From a virus (taxonomy: Duplodnaviria > Caudoviricetes): a DNA stretch of 25,308 nucleotides. The DNA is taken from positions 1 through 25,308 of IMG/VR virus record IMGVR_UViG_3300025168_000607; one strand, written 5' to 3'. Below are positions 1 to 6,134 of the stretch, one piece after another; within the stretch, counting starts at the first letter, position 1; the number at the start of each line of letters is the position of its first letter. The notes under the pieces are model-generated. The model was not told where the DNA came from and made no database searches. It saw only the letters and a list, made by a program, of their open reading frames with translations. Made by a program: the position numbers and the translations under genes.

Positions 1-229
1 CTGATTTGTAATACACTCTGCGTTCAGTTATTGTTACGCTACGCATACCAAGATGCTTTACTTCGTTAGTTAGTAAGGCTCTGTTAAGTTCAGCCATATC
101 TTTGACGTGATCTTTTTCTAGTCTATTCTTATTATACTCCTTGATTAAGAACGCTTGATGTTCTTTACTTCTCATGTTAGATGGGTTACCTTTCTCCCAT
201 CCCCATTGAATTACATTTTCGTTTTCCAT
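1..229 (-). CDS. Hypothetical early protein, partial (runs off left edge)
   Basis: Not in ORF track. ATG at 229 after an A-rich leader; open frame MENENVIQWGWEKGNPSNMRSKEHQAFLIKEYNKNRLEKDHV...RRVYYKS continues to base 1. Confidence 0.75.
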   Translation of the reverse strand, partial: MENENVIQWGWEKGNPSNMRSKEHQAFLIKEYNKNRLEKDHVKDMAELNRALLTNEVKHLGMRSVTITERRVYYKS

Positions 230-246
230 TTTTATTTAATTTAAGG

Positions 247-630
247 TTAAGTTAATTCTACTTTCATATATACATTGAACACATCCCCATAGTCTCCTAT
301 ATCTGAGTGTACTACGTTATCTTCTCCAACACATACAATACACCTACCATCTTCCTCGCCCATTTCTATAAATGAATTTATCTCTTGTACATCTTTATAT
401 TCTTCGTACCACTTAAGACAACCTGCTTGATATAAAATAATATCTTTAGACTTATCTATGGTAACGCCATTACTAATTTCCTTCCACCTCTGTGTGTGGT
501 TACTTTTATAAAACCTATTGTCTCCACATTCATTCTCACTCTCTAACAAGTCGAGCCTATTCATGATGGCATCTAACTCTGCCTCATCTTTCTTTGGTAC
601 TGCTATGTGTACTTCGCTTATGTATCCCAT
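247..630 (-). CDS. Phage hypothetical protein (MGYxSEV...KWY...VGED type)
   Basis: 127 aa ORF co-oriented and tightly packed with neighbours; motif pattern recalled from phage hypothetical proteins; function unknown. Confidence 0.8.
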   Translation of the reverse strand: MGYISEVHIAVPKKDEAELDAIMNRLDLLESENECGDNRFYKSNHTQRWKEISNGVTIDKSKDIILYQAGCLKWYEEYKDVQEINSFIEMGEEDGRCIVCVGEDNVVHSDIGDYGDVFNVYMKVELT

Positions 631-650
631 AATTCATAATTGTTTTGGTT

Positions 651-983
651 TTATATTAAGTCTCCGTTCTCATTAAAAGAGCCAATAACTTCTGTGTTTT
701 GGTCTTTAATAAATTCTACTACTGCCTTATATGTATCTTCTATAGTCCATATGTTTTCGTACCCCTCTGTAAGGTGTGAGTATGTCTCATCAAATGGTGT
801 GTTAAGATATTCATCCCCTATCTTTTGGACTACTGGCATAAGCCAATCCCAAGATACATCATACCTTAAATCACTTAATTCAAACGTACCATGACTAACA
901 TTATATAAGGTAGCATCTGTTACATTATTAAAGGGATGAGTACACCCCATAAATTCTGCAATAAGTTTGTTGTTGTGTTCCAT
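651..983 (-). CDS. Phage protein, possibly phage ABA-sandwich/BC1872-like domain
   Basis: NKLIAEFMG...YDVSWDWLMPVVQKI...YKAVVEFI pattern; preceded by the conserved leader and a promoter. Family assignment is from memory. Confidence 0.7.
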   Translation of the reverse strand: MEHNNKLIAEFMGCTHPFNNVTDATLYNVSHGTFELSDLRYDVSWDWLMPVVQKIGDEYLNTPFDETYSHLTEGYENIWTIEDTYKAVVEFIKDQNTEVIGSFNENGDLI

Positions 984-988
984 AATAA

Positions 989-1007
989 ATTGGTTTAATT
1001 TGGTTAA
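989..1007 (-). repeat. Conserved early leader motif, copy 1 (TTAACCAAATTAAACCAAT)
   Basis: Near-identical to copies at 1504-1524, 2506-2526 and 3602-3622, each between a promoter and an ATG. Confidence 0.85.
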
Positions 1008-1016
1008 TTACTTCTG

Positions 1017-1048
1017 CAATGATATATAAAATAATTTAATCTCACAAA
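1017..1048 (-). promoter_or_regulatory. Bacteroidota sigma-A-type promoter for the leftward early operon
   Basis: Minus strand TTTG(1048-1045)-N20-TATCATTG(1024-1017), one mismatch to TAnnTTTG. Confidence 0.7.
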
Positions 1049-1072
1049 TAAATAAAAATAATTCTTTCCCTT

Positions 1073-1104
1073 GTTGATTATTAATATTATTTCTTATAAC
1101 TTTA
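1073..1104 (+). promoter_or_regulatory. Possible rightward promoter into the non-coding structured region
   Basis: GTTG-N20-TAACTTTA, same degenerate form as the promoter at 3565-3595. Confidence 0.4.
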
Positions 1105-1167
1105 CCCCTCTTTAAGTGATGTACTTCCACATGGCTTTTATTTCTAAATAAATTTAAAAAGAAAAAC

Positions 1168-1447
1168 CAATTTCGTACACGATAGTGTATTATATTGTTT
1201 GTGTACGAAGATTGAAAACCCTTTTTAATATACAATGTGGTGCAAAGTCACAATGTTATGCAGTAGCCCTAACTATATTCTGTCGATTCTCGCATGTAGC
1301 TTCACTCCTCACACGCACACACACATACGCACTCCCACGATCCTTTAGTGCTGGGGGTTTCAAGAGTTTTTGGAAACATAATAGGAGGAGGGAGTTATAG
1401 GTTTATAAGTTTAAGGGCATATATATACCCTTTTAAACCGATAAACC
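1168..1447 (+). ncRNA. Candidate structured non-coding RNA (or structured DNA element)
   Basis: Stems found by eye: 1168-1214, 1236-1252 (GCAA loop), 1295-1310/1385-1399, 1331-1358, 1400-1447; G-U pairs favour the + strand; no credible CDS. Confidence 0.4.
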
Positions 1448-1467
1448 GATAAATATATATTACAGGT

Positions 1468-1498
1468 ATTGTGGTTTCAAAAGAAAAGTGTATGTTTG
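1468..1498 (+). promoter_or_regulatory. Bacteroidota sigma-A-type promoter
   Basis: ATTG-N19-TATGTTTG (exact -7 consensus), followed by the leader motif and ATG at 1529. Confidence 0.8.
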
Positions 1499-1503
1499 TG
1501 AAA

Positions 1504-1524
1504 TATTAACCAATTAAACCAAAT
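1504..1524 (+). repeat. Conserved early leader motif, copy 2
   Basis: TATTAACCAATTAAACCAAAT, identical over 21 nt to 3602-3622. Confidence 0.9.
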
Positions 1525-1528
1525 CAAA

Positions 1529-2026
1529 ATGAAACAGAATCAAAAGTACATCGTAGTAGATACGTGGAATGGAGAAGGTTATTCTTCAGATAATGGTACA
1601 GAGATAAAGGTATTCGATACTAAACAGGAGGCTGATGCTTATTGTAAGACTGAGGCTTACAAGAATGAGGAAGAAGATGTTATGGAAGTAGAGAAGGTGG
1701 AGAATGGGTATGAGTTTTATGACATATCAGAGGATGGCCTTGATGATAGTGGAAGCTATCGGTATTATTCTTTATTCAAGGATGCTTACGCAGTAGAGAT
1801 ACTATGTAACGTAAACGAGGTACGCATACTTAATCAGATAGAGTTTGCTAAAGCGTTAGCTGATAGAGAATTGGAATTACAACATTATCTTACAGGGATG
1901 AATGGTCTGATAGAGGATAGAGATGATAAGGTAGATGCTACAGATGATGGTATATTCTACCATAGTACACACCTGTATGATTATCAGTACAGAAGATTAG
2001 AGAGTATTTATTGTAGTAGAACTTAA
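1529..2026 (+). CDS. Acidic hypothetical early protein
   Basis: 165 aa, about 37 D/E by hand count, Tyr-rich; has its own promoter and leader. Confidence 0.85.
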   Translation: MKQNQKYIVVDTWNGEGYSSDNGTEIKVFDTKQEADAYCKTEAYKNEEEDVMEVEKVENGYEFYDISEDGLDDSGSYRYYSLFKDAYAVEILCNVNEVRILNQIEFAKALADRELELQHYLTGMNGLIEDRDDKVDATDDGIFYHSTHLYDYQYRRLESIYCSRT

Positions 2027-2038
2027 AAGTAATCAGAT

Positions 2039-2404
2039 ATGAAGGTAGATTTTTCAGTTAAAGAACACGAGTTATTAGTTAGGTTAAAACTAATACAGAG
2101 GAGTATCAATAGAGTTCTCTCACATGTGGATAAGGGTACACTTGAATTACCCGAAATAGAAGGTTATAGCTTAATCACAGACCTTAACGACATACATGAG
2201 TTATGCGACAGGAATCAGAATTACTTTCAGATGTGGAAGGAAACAGAGGCAGTAACTATGGAAGTTATGAAGCAGATGATTAAGGATGGCGATGGTGGTA
2301 ATGATACCACGCACATATATACAGACCTGTGTACCAATTGTGATGATGTGGTGCAGTACACAGATGTGTTCTCCTGTTGTCCCAATTGCTTGACAAGTTT
2401 TTAG
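2039..2404 (+). CDS. Hypothetical protein with C-terminal Zn-ribbon-like motif
   Basis: 121 aa; ends CTNC-x10-CCPNC; followed by a terminator. Confidence 0.8.
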   Translation: MKVDFSVKEHELLVRLKLIQRSINRVLSHVDKGTLELPEIEGYSLITDLNDIHELCDRNQNYFQMWKETEAVTMEVMKQMIKDGDGGNDTTHIYTDLCTNCDDVVQYTDVFSCCPNCLTSF

Positions 2405-2420
2405 TTGGTGTTGATTGGTT

Positions 2421-2448
2421 AAGGGGGGAGGTAATACTCCCCTTTTTT
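2421..2448 (+). terminator. Intrinsic terminator
   Basis: GGGGAG-GTAATA-CTCCCC followed by T6. Confidence 0.9.
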
Positions 2449-2465
2449 ATTAGCTGAAAAAAAGT

Positions 2466-2496
2466 TTTGGTAGTCTAATATTAATTTATATCTTAG
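2466..2496 (+). promoter_or_regulatory. Bacteroidota sigma-A-type promoter
   Basis: TTTG-N19-TATCTTAG, directly after the terminator and before the leader motif. Confidence 0.75.
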
Positions 2497-2505
2497 CTGA
2501 AATTA

Positions 2506-2526
2506 TTAACCAATTAACCAATTAAA
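2506..2526 (+). repeat. Conserved early leader motif, copy 3
   Basis: TTAACCAATTAACCAATTAAA just before ATG 2529. Confidence 0.85.
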
Positions 2527-2528
2527 TT

Positions 2529-3515
2529 ATGAGTACGAACATCGTAGAGAATTTTTTAAACGAGATGCCTAACTTTTCAGAAGGCACAACAACCAATCCA
2601 ATTAAACCTTTAGTTATGACAAATGACAAGCAAATTAAAAGAGGCTTAAACATAGCCAACCTGTTATCTGATACAGGTAATGCGTGGAACGTTTTAGACC
2701 TTCCATTAACATCAACACATGAAGATGGTACAATCCTTACAACAACAAGTAGAGGATTATTTAGAAGTGATAACAATCTAAACCTTGGTGTTGTAGGCTC
2801 AAGATATGAAGTGATGCAGAATGATGTTTTAGCTGAAACTTTAGTAGACCTACAAGGGCAATATGGTGGAGATTTAAGAGGTGGTAACCTACAGGATAGT
2901 AAGAAGGTATACTTTCAGCTATCACTACCACAAGTTAATGTAGGTAACTATCAGAACAATGGTATCAAGAGATTTATCACTTGCCTTAACTCTCATGATG
3001 GTAGCTCAAGCATTGGCTTTGGTAGTACTAACGAAGTGGTGGTATGCTCTAATACTTTTCACCTTGCCCTTAAAGACATCAGTAAGTTTAGACATACTGC
3101 ATCTGCAAGTGATAGATTAGCACAGGCTATTAAAGGTTTTGAATCAGCTATGAATGGGGAGGCTAAGGTTATAGAGAATTACAACGCTATGGCATCTGCA
3201 GAGATTACACAGGATATTGTTACTAAGGTAATCAACAACATATTCAATCCACAGGGTAAAACAGAGATAGGTACACGCACCAAGAATAATGTGCAGATGT
3301 TTGCTAAGGCGTACAACATCGAGAAAGAGCAGAAAGGTGGGGAAAGCCTATGGACATTGTTTAACGCAGTTACTCGTTACACTAACCACATGGAGAAGAA
3401 AGATAAAGACCTTAATCACTTGATGGTAGGTGCAGGATACAAGAAGAATCTTGTTGCCTACAATACTATCGTTAGATGGTTACAAGAGCCTACCAAAACA
3501 TCGGTACTTGTGTAA
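2529..3515 (+). CDS. DUF932 (TIGR03299-like) phage/plasmid protein
   Basis: Motifs RSDNNLNLGVVGSRYEVMQN, LNSHDGSSS, VVCSNTF, FRHT, SLWTLFNAVTRYTNH. Confidence 0.88.
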   Translation: MSTNIVENFLNEMPNFSEGTTTNPIKPLVMTNDKQIKRGLNIANLLSDTGNAWNVLDLPLTSTHEDGTILTTTSRGLFRSDNNLNLGVVGSRYEVMQNDVLAETLVDLQGQYGGDLRGGNLQDSKKVYFQLSLPQVNVGNYQNNGIKRFITCLNSHDGSSSIGFGSTNEVVVCSNTFHLALKDISKFRHTASASDRLAQAIKGFESAMNGEAKVIENYNAMASAEITQDIVTKVINNIFNPQGKTEIGTRTKNNVQMFAKAYNIEKEQKGGESLWTLFNAVTRYTNHMEKKDKDLNHLMVGAGYKKNLVAYNTIVRWLQEPTKTSVLV

Positions 3516-3534
3516 CAGGTACACATATGAAAAC

Positions 3535-3561
3535 AGGGGAGCAGAGATGCTCCCTTTTTTT
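3535..3561 (+). terminator. Intrinsic terminator
   Basis: GGGAGCA-GAGA-TGCTCCC followed by T7. Confidence 0.92.
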
Positions 3562-3564
3562 GTT

Positions 3565-3595
3565 TTTGGATGTATCGTTTATTTAATTATCTTTA
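3565..3595 (+). promoter_or_regulatory. Bacteroidota sigma-A-type promoter
   Basis: TTTG-N19-TATCTTTA. Confidence 0.7.
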
Positions 3596-3601
3596 CACCA
3601 T

Positions 3602-3622
3602 TATTAACCAATTAAACCAAAT
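3602..3622 (+). repeat. Conserved early leader motif, copy 4
   Basis: Identical to 1504-1524. Confidence 0.9.
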
Positions 3623-3626
3623 TACA

Positions 3627-4178
3627 ATGAACAATTTTTCAAGAGAGATTATCTCAGACATTCACCAATTAGTTAGCAAGGCTAAAGCCTTTGAAAATCA
3701 GTTAGAGCCATTGGCTAACCTGTACAATGAAGTTAAGTCTATGACTGAGCAGTTAGAAGACCTTAACGCTAAGGTATTAGACATCGAAACTAACATTAAT
3801 AAAGGTGGTATCGAGGCTGATGACCTTAGACATATCTTAACTGATGCTTTCAACAGAGTAACAGAGAGAGAACTACTTAGTTTTAATCTTGATGCAGATA
3901 GTATTGGTGATTCATTTACAAGTAATGCAGAGAGTGATGTTGAAGTATGTGATGAGCAGTTTGAAATTAATCGTGGTAACGAAGTCTGCCTTAATGATTA
4001 TAACCTCAGCTATGAGGATGTAAATTGGGAAAGTGTAGCAGAGGATATTCAATTCGATGTAGACTTCGATGATGAGGCTTTAACAAGTCTTATGGATAGA
4101 ATCATTGATAAGGTATGCCCATCATCACAAGATGTACCATCTGAAATGTTACAGGAGGATGGTCATGAAGTTGATTAG
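3627..4178 (+). CDS. Very acidic protein with N-terminal coiled coil (start revised from 3570)
   Basis: ATG 3627 follows the promoter and leader, while 3570 lies inside the promoter; 183 aa, about 45 D/E vs about 12 K/R. Confidence 0.85.
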   Translation: MNNFSREIISDIHQLVSKAKAFENQLEPLANLYNEVKSMTEQLEDLNAKVLDIETNINKGGIEADDLRHILTDAFNRVTERELLSFNLDADSIGDSFTSNAESDVEVCDEQFEINRGNEVCLNDYNLSYEDVNWESVAEDIQFDVDFDDEALTSLMDRIIDKVCPSSQDVPSEMLQEDGHEVD

Positions 4179-4236
4179 CCTGTTACTATCCATCGTAGTC
4201 CTATGTGCTTTGTTTAAATCAATGTACGATGACTAA
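4165..4236 (+). CDS. Small hydrophobic peptide (23 aa), MKLISLLLSIVVLCALFKSMYDD
   Basis: Overlaps the end of the previous gene and fills the gap exactly up to the terminator; single TM-like stretch. Confidence 0.55.
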   Translation: MKLISLLLSIVVLCALFKSMYDD

Positions 4237-4238
4237 TC

Positions 4239-4264
4239 AAGGGGAGCGTTTGCTCCCTTTTTTT
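4239..4264 (+). terminator. Intrinsic terminator
   Basis: GGGAGC-GTTT-GCTCCC followed by T7. Confidence 0.9.
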
Positions 4265-4484
4265 ATGCCCAATAGTTACCTACAGGAGAGTGGTAAAATA
4301 ATTATACCACGTAATTAGTTAGAAGCCCTGTAACACACGATAATTATCCTGTGGTATGTTGATGCATTAAAGTGGATGATTTGATGGTAGGAGTTAGGTT
4401 TGGGGGGTTTACTCCCTATCTCTGTCCCTCTCACACACATTTAGACAGGATGATACCCCAAGTCATCGGATACAGTCCGTCTGG

Positions 4485-4527
4485 AAGCAGAGGGTAAAAT
4501 GATCATCAAGCAGAGGGTTGAATCATC
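4485..4527. repeat. Imperfect tandem direct repeat
   Basis: AAGCAGAGGGT at 4485 and 4508, each followed shortly by ATCATC. Confidence 0.75.
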
Positions 4528-4647
4528 GTTCATTGGATCAACTGCAGCTGCAACCATCTGACCTATTCCTGTACAAGAATTAAATATCCCTTCAGAGTAG
4601 ATAAATACTAGCCTAGTTATACTTTAGTTACAGCTGAACCTAATATA

Positions 4648-4675
4648 GTAATCGGTGTTTGTAATCGGTGGTTTG
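4648..4675. repeat. Tandem direct repeat
   Basis: GTAATCGGTG(G)TTTG twice. Confidence 0.75.
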
Positions 4676-4903
4676 GGTTTGACTTAAGGTACCCCCATGC
4701 AGAGATTCGGTTTCGGGTTTGGAATCGTGCACGTTACTATAATATATAACCCCCACCCTTTTTACATCTCAAAAAATTTTTATACCTTGGCAAAATGTAC
4801 GGTAGCACTTTAAATATAATATACAGTGTTTTTTGGGTTGACGACTTATGTGTTGTAGTCTGTCAAGACCCTATTGGTAATGTAATTAGTGTATCAACTG
4901 ACG

Positions 4904-5278
4904 ATGGGGATCAAGAAAGAGAAGACTAGGCAGCTGGGTATAGATCCTGGAACTGCTGCCAACAGACTTAAGAAGACCCTTCTATTTGAGTTTGCTAAAC
5001 AATTAGATTTACACTGGTGCTATCAATGTGCTGCAGAGATAAAAGACCCAGATAATTTTACTATAGAACACAAAACCCCTTGGCTTCACTCAGAAGATCC
5101 TAAGGGGTTATTTTTTGATATTGATAATATTGCTTTCTCGCACAAGAGTTGTAATTATAGTGCAGCTAGAAACAGGCAGGGTAAACCTTGCCCATCACTA
5201 ACAGCCTATAGAAAAGGCTGCCGATGTGATGATTGCAAGAAGTTAAAAAGTGATAATCAAAAAAAGTATAAGTCCTAA
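4904..5278 (+). CDS. HNH endonuclease-like protein with extra C-terminal Cys motif
   Basis: CYQC...IEHKTP...NIAFSHKSCN HNH pattern, then CPSLTAYRKGCRCDDC; ATG 4904 preferred over GTG 4889. Confidence 0.8.
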   Translation: MGIKKEKTRQLGIDPGTAANRLKKTLLFEFAKQLDLHWCYQCAAEIKDPDNFTIEHKTPWLHSEDPKGLFFDIDNIAFSHKSCNYSAARNRQGKPCPSLTAYRKGCRCDDCKKLKSDNQKKYKS

Positions 5279-5280
5279 TC

Positions 5281-5667
5281 CTATTGATCAGTACCAAATA
5301 CCATCCACTCTACTATAGACCCACTAGTAGTAGCGTAAGCCTTAAGAGTGTCATCAGCTATTAATGGTAGGAAAGCGAACTCTCCACCAGCTATCTTCAA
5401 CCAGTTATTAGAAGCAGTGTATACATAAATGTAATTTGTAGCTGTGCTATCTGTATTTTTTACATACAAGTAAGCTATTGCCGCAAAATCATCTGCTGTG
5501 TACAAGGTAACTTGTCCAGACGCTGTACCTATAGCTGTTGATGTAATAGGTGCACGAGCTAAACCACTTGTGTGAGATGCTGTTATAGATGTAGATACAG
5601 ATAAGTTTAAATTCTGAGATAACAGATCTGTACTCGTTAATGTTAATTTTGGTGTTACTGTTGCCAT
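5281..5667 (-). CDS. Small Thr/Ala-rich beta protein, likely virion component
   Basis: 128 aa, LYVKNTD motif, own promoter. Confidence 0.75.
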   Translation of the reverse strand: MATVTPKLTLTSTDLLSQNLNLSVSTSITASHTSGLARAPITSTAIGTASGQVTLYTADDFAAIAYLYVKNTDSTATNYIYVYTASNNWLKIAGGEFAFLPLIADDTLKAYATTSGSIVEWMVFGTDQ

Positions 5668-5691
5668 TTTATTTTAAATTATGTGTGTTTG

Positions 5692-5699
5692 CAAATATA
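5692..5699 (-). promoter_or_regulatory. -7 promoter element TATATTTG
   Basis: Exact TAnnTTTG on the minus strand, 25 nt upstream of ATG 5667. Confidence 0.7.
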
Positions 5700-5715
5700 T
5701 GAAAATTATTTATTA

Positions 5716-6132
5716 TTATGCTATTTTAACTATTCCTCTATCGTTATACAGTTTACCTTTAGACAAACCCCTACTACTTGTAGGTAAACTACTACCACTT
5801 AAACTTGTCATAGTGGGTGTTGTTCCATCTGCTCCATCACTTCCGTTATTACCTGCAGGTCCTTGTGGTCCTGTAGCACCAGTTGCACCTGTTTGACCTA
5901 CAACATCATTAACTAAGTGATCTCTTAAAGAGTCTAACTCGTCTTGCATTTTCTGCATTTGATATACTAATGGACCAAGGTTAGGATCGTTTAGTAAGTT
6001 TAAGTTACTACCACTAGCAACGTCTTTGTCCCACAAATCTTTTACTTCAGCAAGTTTAGATTCAGATACTTTATCTGCATCAGAACCTGTAGTTGAAAAA
6101 AATCTTTCGTGTTTTTTATCTGCTAATGCCAT
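5716..6132 (-). CDS. Short collagen-repeat / coiled-coil fibre protein
   Basis: Coiled coil then 8 G-X-Y triplets (5824-5898), C-terminal LPTS...GKLYNDRGIVKI. Confidence 0.85.
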   Translation of the reverse strand: MALADKKHERFFSTTGSDADKVSESKLAEVKDLWDKDVASGSNLNLLNDPNLGPLVYQMQKMQDELDSLRDHLVNDVVGQTGATGATGPQGPAGNNGSDGADGTTPTMTSLSGSSLPTSSRGLSKGKLYNDRGIVKIA

Positions 6133-6134
6133 AA

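Noticed and set aside
640-894. Plus-strand 84 aa ORF
   Set aside because: Antisense shadow of 651-983, which has the promoter and leader
1311-1330. CA-rich tract as a microsatellite or phase-variation site
   Set aside because: Short and interrupted; better treated as a loop in the candidate structure
1008-1400. ORFs 1008-1235 (-) and 1185-1400 (+)
   Set aside because: Non-ATG starts, no leader, overlap promoter elements and stems, atypical composition
2522-3626. ORFs 2522-2776 (-), 3430-3615 (+) and the 3570 start
   Set aside because: Shadow of DUF932, or running through a terminator and promoter
4485-4675. Direct repeats as a mini-CRISPR array
   Set aside because: Repeats are only 10-11 nt, two copies each, with no spacer-length gaps and no cas genes
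4265-4890. tRNA or tmRNA
   Set aside because: No cloverleaf or T-loop GTTCRA with acceptor stem found by eye
5681-5896. Plus-strand Pro-rich ORF
   Set aside because: Antisense reading of the collagen repeat
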